Source: Podarcis vaucheri (Eukaryota). From it: a stretch of DNA of 64,000 nucleotides. The notes under the pieces are model-generated. The model was given only the letters and a program-made list of their open reading frames with translations, searched no databases and had not been told where the DNA came from. The translations under genes were made by a program, and so were the position numbers. Below, one piece after another: positions 1 through 12,642 of the stretch (position 1 is its first letter; each line of letters opens with the position of its first letter). Location of the stretch: the NCBI GenBank assembly GCA_965113315.1, contig OZ220366.1, one strand, 5' to 3'.

Positions 1-2219
1 CCAAATGTACCATCTGTGTGTGCAGCATTTACAGCTGTACGGGTCTCAGTTCTGCTCCATTTGCATTGCTAGCTGAATGCTATCATGTTAGACAGATACA
101 AAGTTTGCAAGGGGACATTATTGTGTGTCTTTTGTTGGATAAGAGATTGTGCAACTTTTTGGACTTCATGGTTTCTTAAGGGAGAAGGGGTATTGCAAAA
201 TATAACAAGATTAGGTGTTGCATGTATTCAATTAATACTGGTATCCTGTGCATAGTATGAAGTGCTCCTAGGGGAAGCAGTGAAAATTCAGGATTACCAC
301 ATCTTCTTACTTGGTGAGTTCTGGGATTCTTTGAGGAACTTCTCCTTAAATTCCTAAAGCAATGCATTATACAACAATAACTGTTCTCAGTCCCAATTAA
401 CAAGAACATGTTAGATCGTCTAGTAGCCTGGAACGAAACACCTGAACCATCAAGAGTTTATACATACTTCCTTAGTCCAAGTAGCATCTATAGCTCCTCT
501 CCTTATACTTTGTATAATTTGCCACAGCTTGCCTTTGCCCGTAGGCCTTCCTCCCTGCACCTCTGTATGTGCAAGAAAATACACCCGGGATGTTGCTTCT
601 AGTTTGCATACTATACTTTGCATCAGGCAACGTATGTTTCCTACCAAGTATTAAGATATAAGGAGCTTTCTTAGAGGAGGTCAGAACTACCTGGTCTACC
701 TGGCCCAGGGATGTTGACAGCATTTCTCAGAACTCTTTCTCACCTGTCAGAGATATCCTTTAGGCAATGGTAGTTAATAGACAAGGATGGTAACTTGAAC
801 TTCTGTTCTGCACCAGCTGGACTCCTTTCTTGCCCTTTCTGTTTCTACACATACCTCAGCTGGTGCAGCTTTTGTCAATCCTGCCAAAATCTGCTCTTCT
901 GTAAACAATTAAAAGCCTGGTTCTCTTTAGCAGTTAGAAAACCTGTTGGTTTGTTCTAGCAGTTTGGTGGGATATTATGCTTAGGCAGCCATTTTAGTAT
1001 GGCACCTTTTTTTGCAAAGGTGCCATACTCCAAGGAATCGGCTCCTTAAACCTAAACCTCCTCTGGGAATTTTTTTTTATTTTTTTAATGTTTGTATTAG
1101 CTTATTTGCAATACAACTACCAAACAACATTTGGTTTAAAGAATAATCCATAACAAAGGGGTGTATACAGAGTATTCTCAATACATATATAGCATCATAT
1201 ACAAAAACTAAAATGTGACGTGTTAAGATTGTTGCAGACACCCACACCACTGGAAAGCCTGACTGGCTGGTGGGAGGGGGCAGGCACTGATTTGTTCACA
1301 TAGACGATAAAAAGAAATGAACACTTTAAATATGTATAGAACACATACATATGACTTCTGTCCCTGACACTGGGTACCAAATATCCCAGGCATTTTGATG
1401 GTTTTTGCTGGACTGTCATGACAAAATTGGGACAGGTTGACAGTAGCCCTAAACTTTACTTTTGATAGAGGTCTGAGATAATATCTTGTCCCTTTTCAAT
1501 CTTAAACTATCTTGATGTTATGAGATGTCAAAGATAACAGCATCAATCACTAAAGTATCATGAGACATGAATCCTGTATGTTATCTTCTGACTGGCAACA
1601 AATTGGCTATAAAACTTCTGTAAAAGCAAGTATGGATTTCGTAAAGGAGAGCAGCATCCTGATCAGATATTGAAAGGTCATCTACCATAGCAGTCCAGAA
1701 TAGAAAAAAACGGAGGTCTTCTTTAAGTGTCTCTGATATCCATTTCACTTGTTTCGGTATTAGGTTTTCTAACAAGCAATTGTGAGCCTTCTAATTTTTT
1801 ATTTCTATATCTTGAACTATATTGAACGAGGAAGAATCATGCATATTAAATAAAAACAAAAACTTATCAACAAGGAATTGAAAGACTTCTTACGTTAAGC
1901 GCTACAAACTCACAAAATATTTACTAATTGTTCCCACTCCCCAATTCTGTCAGCCACTGTCTGCAATAGTCTAATGGATGAGCTGTCTGATTTCTAAAAT
2001 GAGAAATGCTAAGCCTCAGTTTTAGTTGGAGATCTTTGTTTGAACTGGAAGTACTTTTGGAGCTATTTCTGGCTGATGTATCATTTTATTTATTTACTTT
2101 GAAGCACTCTCTTTGGCAAAATAAAACTCAAGAGTTTGCATATAAACCCTGATCAGTTGACCAAATTTCTTTGCCAGTCAGTGCAGATAGACAATACTGA
2201 ACAAGATAGACCAGAGACC

Positions 2220-2407
2220 TAGGAAGCTGTCACATAATGACTCAAACAATTGGTCCATCTTGCCCAGTCTTCATTGCACAACAGAAGCAGTTCTCCAGAA
2301 TCTTTGAAGGTATAGGAAGATCCTTCCCATTACCTGATACACAGATGGCAGAGCTTGAACCTCAGACGGTATAAATGCAAAGCATATACTTTATCACTGA
2401 GCTATGG
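2220..2407 (-). mobile_element. Degenerate tRNA-derived SINE (Squam2-type)
   Basis: Reverse complement resembles the tRNA head (ccatagctcagtgataaag...tttgca...ggttcaag) and 3' tail of the copy at 12451. Confidence 0.55.
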
Positions 2408-3473
2408 CAGTGTTTCTTTCAGGAGGTATTCAAGGCTATGCAGTACTGACACCTCTTTTCGTTGTTGTTAAAAAGTGTGACACTTACTGTAACAACTTCA
2501 TGGTGAGTATCAGCACCTATTTTTTTAGGGGGAAAACCTCTGGGTACAAGGACATTTCCTATGCGCCTCTTCACCCTCAGTTTTAGTCAGAAGATGTCCC
2601 CATGTAACCTTCTAAAAATACTGAGAGGCAGACACAGAGGGTCGGGCAATCTCTGATCCCTTGTCATTCAAACTCTGGACTCCAAGCATCTGAGTTTCCT
2701 TCCATGCAACTTACAGGGCCAGACCTCCTTAGCTTCATCAGAACTGGGCAATAGAATTGTAGAGTTGGCAGGGACCATGATGGTCATCTAGTGCAATGCA
2801 GGAATCTTTTGCCTAATGTGAAGCTCAATAGTCACTATATAGCTTTGTAAGTACTTGAAATGTTCCACGATCTGGTATTTGGGAATGGGGGAGAGGAATC
2901 TGTATGAAAGCTATGCTTATGCATGCTTCATTAGAAACACTCGAACAATAATCTGATATAGCATTTAAGCAAATCTGTAGCATTATTTTGTACAGCATCA
3001 GAGCTCCGTAATGGCCCGCAGTTTGCAAGAACTGTCCTTGAAGGAACTCTTTGTACAGTGAATGTATTTTAGCCTAGTGGCACAGAATATGTTCTACAAA
3101 TGACCTCAGATGGTCTTGGAGGATTATTTTCCCAAATTCAAGCTTCAGGCAAGGCACAGCCTTCAGTCCTGTAGTTACGTATATTAAAATAAATGGATTT
3201 TCTCCTTTCCCCTTGAAACCGTCAGGCCGTCCACGGTAAATAAATGGCACTGAATAAAATAAATCATTTATGAAAGATTTGGAATGCCATTCGTGAAATG
3301 ACACATGCTACTCCTGCTGCACATCGTGAGCTCAGACTTTTCTATGTTTTTTCAGTGTCTATATGTTTTTGTATGTAACAAAAATTCAATTAAATTTTTT
3401 AAAGGCTTTTCTATGAATGATTTGTAACATGTGGTTTGTTAGGATACAACCCACTTTTAATATACTTACTATT

Positions 3474-3733
3474 GCTTGTTTTTTTCCAGCTCTGGAGGCT
3501 AGGACCCAAACCAAAGCATTCAATTACAAGAAAGAAGATTCCAACTAAATATCTTCTGACAGTAAGAGCTGTTCGACAGTGGAACAGACGCCCATGAGAG
3601 TGGTGGATCTCCTTCCTTGAAGGTTTGTAAGCAGAAGTTGGATAGCCATATGTCATATTTGATCTAGTTGAGATTCCTGCATTGCAGGGGGTTGGACTAG
3701 ATAACCCTTGGGGTTTCTTCCAACTCTACAATT
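3474..3733 (+). mobile_element. CR1 LINE 3' fragment
   Basis: Contains the ttctgacagtaagagctgttcgacagtggaacag segment and the CR1-type 3' end ggttggactagat...ttccaactctacaatt. Homologous to 27440-27856. Confidence 0.75.
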
Positions 3734-3978
3734 GCTCTCTACCTTGTGGAGGGTAGAGAGTTGGTGATGGACAGGAAGAACTAGGATGCCCACACTTGCC
3801 CTCCACCCTCACAACTCAGATTGAAACTTGAAAATGGATCTAGACACTCTTGATTGCATTTATCCTTGGAAGCAATTTGTGAGGTACATGCCTGTTGTTT
3901 CAATTTGAGGAAAACCTAGCTTTTTAGAGGAGACATTAGCATGGAGCCAAACTAAGGTTGTTGCATTCAGTTTCCATT

Positions 3979-4175
3979 GAATCATAGAGTTAGAGGAGAC
4001 TTCAAATGTAATCTAGTCCTGTGCCTTGCAGATGCAGGAAATGGACTACCACAGCATTGCTGATCCAGCCTATGCTTATAAACCTCTAATGAAAGAGGCT
4101 CTACTAGCTTCCAATGCAGTTTGTCCCAGTGTTGAACACCTTGTGCCATCAGGAAGGGGTTCCTAATGCCTAACT
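3979..4175 (-). mobile_element. Degenerate CR1 LINE 3' fragment
   Basis: gaatcatagagttagaggagac...atctagtcc is the reverse complement of a CR1 3' end. Confidence 0.55.
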
Positions 4176-5258
4176 TCAGTATCTAGAGTTTAGTACAGAG
4201 CCTGTGGTGTGTAATGATCAGTGTCTTGGGCTTGTGCCTGGGACACCAGGGCTCAAACCCCTACACATCCAAGGGGACCCTGGACAAGTTATCATCTCCC
4301 AGCCCACCTATACACAGCTTCTCTTGCCAGGCCTTTCAGAACAGTGGACATATTGTATGTTAGCAAGCATGGATGATGATTTAGCCCAGATGGTTCCAAG
4401 TTAAGGTTGGCTGGCAACTGACATAAATGGTTCAATTGGAGCAAAACAGACATTTGTGGTAGGGCAGTAGTTTGTGATATGTTCTAACTTCTAACTGCAC
4501 GGAACAGTGAACCATTCAGCAGAGTTTAAGTTCCAGTGTGTAAAATTTATAGAGTGAAAAAAGTAGAAAAATGAGCTATGCTTACATTGGCTTGAAAAAA
4601 AGGTATTAAATAGTTCAGATGGAATCCATGTTAAGGAAGGAATTAATTCACGTGAAAGGAAAACCTGAAGGCATCACCATTAGATCACTAAAAATGCCAT
4701 GCTAAACACACCAATTTTGAAGTCAATACTACTGAACTTAATGGGAATTCTGAGTAAATATTCATAGAATGGTGCCATAAGTAATACTTCAAGCACTTAG
4801 TGGAAATTTTAATGCACCAAGGATGACCTTGTCCACTTCCTCATGATCCCATCTGTGCTTCAAGAAGCAGTGACCCACTGAACCACCTAATGTGCCCTCA
4901 CCTGTTTTCACCTCTGCTGTGGGACAAGGGACAGGTGGGCAGAGGCAGTTGCTGGCCCTTTCCCACTTCACTGCCACTGCTGACCTACCCTCTGGACCAC
5001 CCTGCCACCACAGAATGACAGTGGTGGTGGGAGACATGGAGATGACAATGGTGTTGAGGATAAGGATGAGCAGCAGCTATCACTGTGCTGGAGCCACAAC
5101 TGTGGTGCACAAATAGCAAATAGCTGCTGCTGTTCATTGTGTCCAGCAGTGAAGTTGGTAGCTGTGGTTGGTAGCGGGCTCTCAGCCTGTGCATGGTCTC
5201 CAGAAAATCCCTGACTATGACCATGCTTCCAACCACTCATTCTAGGTCTCGAGTACTA

Positions 5259-5492
5259 CAGTTGTACCTTGGAAATTGAACGGAATCCATTCCGGAAGTC
5301 CGTTCAGCTTCCAAAACGTTCAGAAACCAGCTTCTGATTGGCTGCAGGAAGCTCCTGCAGTCAATCAGAAGCCATGCCAGACATTTGGCTTCTGGAAATC
5401 ATTTGAAAACTGAAACACTCACTTCTGGGATTCGATCGTTCGGGAGACGATTTGTTCGGGAGCCATGGCATTCGGGATCCAAGGTATGACTG
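5259..5492. mobile_element. Tc1/mariner (Tigger/pogo-like) MITE
   Basis: TIRs cagttgtaccttgga / tccaaggtatgactg. TA on the left flank, CA (mutated TA) on the right. Confidence 0.7.
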
Positions 5493-5959
5493 CATTGGTG
5501 TTTTGTGATTTGGTTCACCACATTCCAAAAGAGTATCCTTTGGGGATAAATGCTGTTCATTTTTTGTTGAAATTCATGGGACAACCTTTTGCAATGGTCA
5601 AGATATAATTTCTCCCAAGATATAATAAATTCCAGACAAATGATGACTCAGAAAATACTGAAATGATGATGAAAATTTAAGCGATGACTCAAAATGTCAT
5701 ATTCAAGTTACTGATTTCCCCAAGACCTCCTAGATCATTAACATATAATGTTATACAATATATGCATATATTTGGCAACTTTACTGCTGGAGACTACTGT
5801 TAAGGACATCTCCGCCCATTAACCTTCTCCTTTCCTAATCTTCAGTTTCCTAACCTTTCCTAATCTTCAGTTACAGATAGGTAGCCGTGTTGGTCTGCCA
5901 TAGTCAAAATAAAAAATTCCTTCCAGTAGCACCTTAAAGACCAACTAAGTTAGTTCTTG

Positions 5960-5997
5960 GTATGAGCTTTCGTGTGCATGCACACTTCTTCAGATAC
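5960..5997 (-). ncRNA. Minimal type I hammerhead ribozyme motif (Penelope-associated)
   Basis: Exact reverse complement of 6093-6130. Confidence 0.75.
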
Positions 5998-6092
5998 ACT
6001 GAAACAGAAGTTGCCAGATCCTTCTATATAGTGAGAAGGTAGGGAGGGGTATTACTCAGAAGGGTGGTGGGAATGGGAGATTGAATGGGAGT

Positions 6093-6130
6093 GTATCTGA
6101 AGAAGTGTGCATGCACACGAAAGCTCATAC
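6093..6130 (+). ncRNA. Minimal type I hammerhead ribozyme motif (Penelope-associated)
   Basis: GUAU-CUGAAGA-A-GUGUGCAUGCACAC-GAAA-GC-UC-AUAC. Stem I GUAU/AUAC, CUGANGA and GAAA core boxes, stem II hairpin, palindromic AGCU in place of stem III. Predicted cleavage after C6126. Confidence 0.75.
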
Positions 6131-7208
6131 CAAGAACTAACTTAGTTGGTCTTTAAGGTGCTACTGGAAGGAATTTTTTATTTTTCCTAATCTTATAACA
6201 GAATTTTTTCAAGTTACTGAAAATTGGAAAGGAATGAAATGCTCCAACAACAGAAGTTGGCAGAATAAAGATACCATGTTATCTTAGAAAACCTAATGCT
6301 GGCAGAAGTTGTTGTCAAAGAAATAACCTTTCCCATGTTGTTATCTCTTCGTCCCATAGACCAATGGATGTCTAACGGTACTGGTAGAATTTCATTTCCA
6401 TATATATGTAATGTATTGATCCACAGAAAGAATCTTGTTCCAACCCTCTGAGCAAAATGTTAAGGTCATCTGTTTTCACATGCATAGCAGGAATATTGTA
6501 AACATTTTCCACACTAGTCTGTTGCAGCAACTCATTTGCTACAAAGATCAAGTTTCAAGCACTGCTCACAAAGGTTCAGGAAAGGCATTATATGAATTAT
6601 TAGATTGCTCCCGATGTTGCCCCATATTCCTATATGTACAGGTTTGAGCTGGCAAAATCCAAAGAACATTCATATTCTATTATATAATTTTATTATCCCT
6701 CTTCACATAGATGGGGAGGGGGGCGGGACTCAAGTGTGTAGGTAGGTAAGAGAATTGTGCATGATGGGCCTCATCAACCAGACACTGCTTCTGACCCAAC
6801 TAAAATCAATTCACTTGAATGGGGTGTTCTGCAATTAGAACATGGTGAGTGGAATTTGATATATCCTCCATCATTTCCTTCCCAGCTTCCATATGAAATA
6901 TTTTGACATACTGCAAAGAAGAAGAAAAAAACATGCTATGTAGCAGGTGGAGCCATGGGAAATATTTTATTTTTTTTACTGGATTTTACAGATTCTGGAT
7001 TTGGATTCTCTGATCAATTTCTTTTCCAACTATGTGGCTGCCCTTTGAAGTTAACATCAGAGCTTTGTTCATTGATAGAAAGTCAGGGAACCAAAATGAG
7101 ATGAGGAACTTCCGAAGCTGCTGTTTCGAAAAAGCCACCTGTGGTCCTCTCCTCTATACGTATATCCAAATTAAACAGGGTAAATGGAAAGCTATATGGA
7201 CTGGGTAC

Positions 7209-7807
7209 GAGGGATGGGTGACACTGTCCATTTCGGTTTCTCTCATTTTCTCCTTCTCCAAATCTTAATCCAGTTCTTCACATTTCCACATCAGTTTGCA
7301 TTTTTAATGTCCTCGTGAATCTTCATCTGTATTTTAGTGGGACTTGTATCTAAAACACAACTTTACCTGCAATTTTGCCTTATACACATTTTTACAAAGC
7401 CAAGCTCATCCAAATAACTTTATTGTGCTAGCCATTGGCCATGACAAATCTGAATCAAAAATAAATGCAAGCAAAAGGGGTGTTGTGCCACAAATAATGG
7501 TCTCTGTTCAGATCTCTGCATCTCCCTTATAGTTTACTGCTATATTGATTTTCACAATGCCTATATTCCCTAGTATTTTTATTCCTCCTAATATAATGTG
7601 TGTGTTATTTTCACTAGATTTTAACGCACATTTTACCTTAGTATATTTTTGTACCCATTTCTTGGCTGGAGAAGTGTGTTGCAAAATTCACAGGACTGTG
7701 AATTTCAAATGATGGTTGTTTTTCAGTTTGCAAATGATTTCAGAAAGTGTGAATTAGATAGATTCACTTTTGAATGCCAAAATAATTGAATTCCTCTCCC
7801 ATCCCTA
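7209..7807 (+). mobile_element. Non-autonomous hAT-like DNA transposon
   Basis: TIRs agggatggg / cccatccct. 8-bp TSD ctgggtac / cttggtac. Related copies near 42760-43120 and 56213-57680. Confidence 0.7.
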
Positions 7808-8872
7808 CTTGGTACACGCAACAATTATGGGCTGATTGTTTTGTTGTTGCATCCCTTACCACAGTTAATGGCTGTGGCTGACCTCAAAGTCTCTTGCCAA
7901 TTATAAAACATGCTGCAGCATTTGTTTTCTTTTAGATTTTAGACTGATTGCCTTCTTTGAATGTCCCTAACTACAGTTCAGGTCATTTCCCCACCCTCCA
8001 GTCCTCTGTTGCTCATGTTTAATACATACTTTGCAGGATATGATTACAGAATACCAAAAAGAGCCTAAAGCAATACATTCCGTCACTCTGATCATATAGC
8101 CTTATATCCCTCTTGCCCCCTCACAAGCTCTGTAGAAAGAAAACTGCCCAGGCTCTTGCAAAGATGCTGAAGAATCTTTTCAAATAATTATCTGCTGTCA
8201 CAGGAGAGTAAGAAAAGAGGAGGTGGAGAGGAGGAACTTGATTCCTGAATTTCACAAGTAGGAACAAAAAAGACTGAAAGAGGCCTGTGCATTGTAAGCC
8301 CAGGGCTAAGATCATTCTAGTCACACAAAGGCAGGATTTCAGGAGGCAGGAAGTCAGATCCACAGAAGTTCTCTCTCAAAGCACTTTTTCCAGAATATGT
8401 GTCGTTACTATGGCACCAGTGAAAAACACAGGACAGACGCTGTCCTGCGGTCGCTGTGTGCTAACTAATGAACATTTAGTAATTAAAAGTGACAGAAAGT
8501 GACCTCAGTCAAAAGCCCTGTGCTGCTCATCACCAAGAAGCAGGCCTTTCCACAGCATAGCCGTGCTTTTGCTAATGTTGAATGGCTTTTGTTTCCTTGC
8601 TCCTTTTTGTTCTTGACCAAAAACTAGTGCACACATGCCACATGCAGTTCTGAGGGGGTGAGCACATGCAAAATTTGCTACGTGTGACACATCAAATCAG
8701 CCTGATGTCTTGAATATCTGCTCATGAGAATGGGAATGGCATATATCCTGTATCAGTATTTTACTATGGACCTCAGAAAGCATCTGCAACGTTGGCAGAA
8801 CACACACAGAGACAAAAAACTGCACTGTGGACTAACATAATAATCAAGGAGCATTATTTTAGCTTCTGAGAT

Positions 8873-9056
8873 CAGGGGCTTTCCGGGGGGGGGCGGTTCG
8901 CTCCAGGTGCCATTCCAAAGGGGTGTGTGACAAAATGCTGACCCCCGATTGGCGGCACCCCCCCCCCCAGGTGGCACACTACGCCCCCTGCGATGCGCAC
9001 CATATCCCCTGGGACGAGCACCGCTCCAGGTACTGGAGCAGGTTGCTTTGCCTCTG
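8873..9056. mobile_element. hAT MITE
   Basis: Ends caggggc...gcctctg. 8-bp TSD tctgagat / tctgagct. Confidence 0.65.
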
Positions 9057-9647
9057 TCTGAGCTACAGGAAGGACAAAGGGTCTGAAACTGAACTATGAA
9101 ATGGTTCAGAATTCATGGCGCTTACACTTCTCTCTTTTTTACTCAATAAAATCCTTGTGAGCCAAACTGTATTGCAGATTATTATGATTACTGGAATTCC
9201 TATTACAAAAAATTAATTAAAAGATTGGAAGTGTAAATGCAAAGAGCATGTAAATGCAGTGTTCAGGAATGAGAGGAAGATTCTTCATGGGGCAAAGGTT
9301 CTGAAAGGAAATGACATTTTCCTCATTCTGTATCATAAAGAGGAAAATCAACATCAGTTTGTGGCACAGATATAGATATACTGTAGATATAACTTGTCAA
9401 GAAAATTTATCAGTATTTTAGAACACATTTATCCTAATATGCACTTTATGTTTATTTTTATTGCAAAATGATTTCCTAACATAAAATCTCCTTTGGAGAA
9501 TGCCACCTGAAACCTATTTCTGGGGAAATAGAGAATGGAATTTACACAAATAAATGATCTCTGAACATCCAGTATACAAGTATTCTGACCAAACATTTAA
9601 TCCACATTCAAAGTTCCAGCACAGAACAATTGTATGGCAGGTGATGT

Positions 9648-9794
9648 CAGTGGCGTAGCGTGGGGGGTGCAGTGGGGGCCGGCCGCACCGGGCGCAACAT
9701 CTGGGGGTTAGGGTTAGGGGGCGCAAATCCACTGGTTAGGGGGCACAAATTACTTGCCTTGCCCTGAGTGCTGACAACCCACGCTACGCCACTG
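9648..9794. mobile_element. Young hAT MITE
   Basis: Perfect 17-bp TIR cagtggcgtagcgtggg / cccacgctacgccactg. Perfect 8-bp TSD ggtgatgt (9640-9647, 9795-9802). Confidence 0.9.
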
Positions 9795-9814
9795 GGTGAT
9801 GTACAGAGCAAATA

Positions 9815-9993
9815 ACTGCACTCAACTGTATAGCAACCAGGTGCTGGAAACCGCAGGAGTGGATAGCATTCTTGTGCCTGGGTCCTGATAATGAGTTTCC
9901 CACAGGCATTTAGGTGACCACTGTGAGAACAGGATGATGGACTAGATGGGCCATTGGCTTGGTCCAGCAGGGCTCTTTTTATATTCATATGTT
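9815..9993 (+). mobile_element. CR1-type 3' UTR/tail fragment
   Basis: ccactgtgagaacaggatgatggactagatgggccattggcttggtccagcagggctc followed by a degenerate ttcttatg-like tail. Confidence 0.6.
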
Positions 9994-10876
9994 ATGTTGG
10001 CAAATCTCCTGTGTCTTTTCAGAGAGTGGTAGTGTCCATACACCCTGCTCAAATAATCTCATTGGTTTTAATGACAGTCACCCAGAGGAAGTAGTGTCTG
10101 TGTAAGAGAATTTCTCCTAAAATGTAGTAGCTTGAATAAAGTCAGTTGGGGAACAAAGCATGAATAGCCTAGCCCTTTAGGATGCACAGTATGAGTTCTG
10201 CTAAACTAGCCAGTTTTGCTTTGAGAGAAGTGCAGGAGAAGGCATATTGATTATCCTTCGTGCCTGAGCAAACTATTCATAAATTCAGCCCAGGGAGATA
10301 CTTTGTACTTCTAATACCAAGCTTGCATGGGGGCACTTATCTCTCTAAATCGGCATTCTGAAGCCACTAGTCAAATCGAGGAACTTAATTTTGCAGACAG
10401 CTGGAGAGAAATATTTTTGGACTTTTTACCTCCCTGCCCCACTTAGAAATTAACTTCTTTTCCCCTCCAACAAAAAGAGTATGCTGAACAAAAGGCTAAA
10501 TGTCTGCTAGCAGGAAAATGGTCTCTCGGTTCCCCCAAGAGGGTTCAATAAGAGAGAAAACTGCTGCAAGGCTAAAAGAGAGAGAGAGCGAGAGCTTGAT
10601 TTCCTGTTTGTTTTCTCCAGCAGTGTGAATGGTTGTGCTTTGTTCTGGTTGAAAAGCTGAGCTCATGAATGCTCTGTCTCCCACAAAGCAGGACCAAGTG
10701 CTCCTGCTGAAGCTGGCTGAAGTCCTTCTTGTTTTGAAAGATGCTCAGAACCCTCCAAATGTTTGGTTTCACAACAACAGCTGTTTCCCCGGTCTTGGCA
10801 TTACCCCAAACTCCATCCGCACTGCTGATGCATGGCATTGGCATGCCTCCTACCGCCAATGCCCATAGTGCAAGTA

Positions 10877-11118
10877 CAGTGGTACCTCGGGTTAAGTACT
10901 TAATTCATTCCGGAGGTCCGTACTTAACCTGAAACTGTTCTTAACCTGAAGCACCACTTTAGCTAATGGGGCCTCCTGCTGCCGCCGCGCCGCTGGACCC
11001 CAGTTTCTGTTCTTATCCTGAAGCAAAGTTCTTAACCTGAAGCACTATTTCTGGGTTAGCGGAGTGTGTAACCTGAAGCGTATGTAACCTGAAGCGTATG
11101 TAACCCGAGGTACCACTA
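10877..11118. mobile_element. Tc1/mariner (Tigger/pogo-like) MITE
   Basis: TIRs cagtggtacctcgggtta / taacccgaggtaccacta. TA TSD on both sides. Internal taacctgaag subterminal repeats. Confidence 0.9.
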
Positions 11119-11137
11119 TACCCACTTGCATATTTGG

Positions 11138-11270
11138 ATGATGATGATGATTATTATTATTATACCCCACTTATCTGGCTAGGTTGCGCCAGCCACTCTG
11201 GGCAACTTCCAACACATATAAAAACATAATAAAACGTCAAACATAAAAAACGTCCTGATACAGTGCTGCA
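11138..11270 (-). mobile_element. L2 LINE 3' tail fragment
   Basis: (GAT)/(ATT) tail plus tataccccacttatctggct...gccactctgggca. Same 3' end as 44344, 53499 and 62540. Confidence 0.7.
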
Positions 11271-12450
11271 CATAGGCCTTCTCCATGTGAAAGGGACCCT
11301 TATTGGGCCATAGAGCAGTGGGGGTCATGACCAATGAGGGGACTGGTGGAAGGGGTGTGACTAATTCACATGACCTCCTTCACAGTTGTTGTTTTTTTCA
11401 AAGTGGAGGGCATCATGCGATCCTCCCAAAGAAGAACTACCTAGATTTTGCAGGTAGTACATTGCTACAAAACGCAAAATAAAGAAAAAAGTGCTTGCTA
11501 TTTAAAACGCAAAGCTTGATCACAGGTTTTATTCCCCCCCCCCAAAAAAAAACCATTAAAAATTTAAAGACTAGAGAGACATAGTTAAGCAGCTGGGAGG
11601 AAGATTGTAACAATTCTAACATGATGTCAAAAAGACAAGGATGTATTGAAGGCCTAAAGCTTTGGGAATTGCAAAGTATTTCTCGCTGTGGTTGTGTCCC
11701 ACTTGTGCATGTCCTATTGGTTAGATTTCCAAGCCAATATTCTGAATTCATTTGCAGAGCACTTCTTTTATCTACATTGCACTGACAATTAAATAACATT
11801 CTAGCTTAGAAAGATGTGCCAGTTTTCTGAAAGCATTGGTATGTAGCAATCTGTGTTTGGGTGGCAGCCAGAGCAGTGCCTATAAAGCACATCAACATCA
11901 CAAATAAACACCTTGATGAGCATTTCTCTGTTTCTGTTTGTTGGAGGGATTTTAGTTGACAGCGTTAACATAAAAAGACAACTGTAGCATAGTCTAATGT
12001 ATCTTCACATCAGGAAAATTAAGGTATAGGGGTTTTTTAAATCAAAAAGTAAAGAAGATAATCCTTTTGGAAATAATGTACATTTGCAGCATAAAAGGGA
12101 ACGAGACAGTCTCTGCATGTACATGTGCACAGCAGAACCTCCAAAGAATTTTATTTATGGTCACTGATTTTCCGTCTGTCTTACCCATCTTTCATATTAA
12201 TTTAAACACAAATCTCAATTTATGATGTCCTTTAAGGAATACCAATGAAACAACTGATTCATTATTGCACTGTAACCATGCTACTTGTGTAGGGAGAGCA
12301 GATAAATCTTACCAAAAATGAAAAAAGAAACCTGCTTTGAAATAGGATTTCAAAGATAAAAAGACAAGTAAACTTTTTGTTGTTACTTTTGCTGTGGTAG
12401 GGAAATATCCTCCCACCCCCACCCCTCCCCCCAAAAAAAATTCCCATTGG

Positions 12451-12642
12451 GGAAGAGGTGTAGCTGAGTGGTAGAGCATCTGCTTTGCATATAGAAGGTC
12501 TCAGTTTCAATTCCCAGTATCTCCTGGTAGAGCTGTGAGTTCATCCTCTGAAGTCCTGGAGAGCGGCTTCTAGTCGCTGTAGACTATACTGAGCCAGATA
12601 GGCTCTGATTCAGTACAAGGCAGCTACTTGTGTTCCTGTGTT
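12451..12642 (+). mobile_element. tRNA-derived SINE (Squam2-type)
   Basis: tRNA-like head tagctgagtggtagagcatctgctttgca...gtttcaattccc, followed by a non-tRNA body and a tgttcctgtgtt tail. Confidence 0.7.

Larger units (their letters stand above)
5868..6184. mobile_element. Penelope-like element remnant with inverted pseudo-LTR arms
   Basis: Perfect 95-bp inverted repeat (5906-6000 / 6090-6184), each arm carrying a hammerhead motif. tttcctaatctt is duplicated at 5856-5867 and 6183-6194. Confidence 0.8.

Noticed and set aside
4789-5240. GC-richer block with several overlapping ORFs (possible pseudogene)
   Set aside because: None of the translations matches a protein family I can name.
5640-5714. 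Box C/D snoRNA-like arrangement (ATGATGA, CTGA, ATGATGA, CTGA); also two TGACTCA AP-1 sites
   Set aside because: D' and C' are only 1 nt apart, the terminal stem is negligible and I recognise no rRNA/snRNA antisense element. snoscan would settle it.
10572-10870. Overlapping ORFs suggesting a coding exon
   Set aside because: No recognisable homology or convincing splice pair in any frame.
12451-12525. tRNA genes at SINE heads (also 23071, 57078)
   Set aside because: No complete cloverleaf, and each continues into a SINE body and tail.
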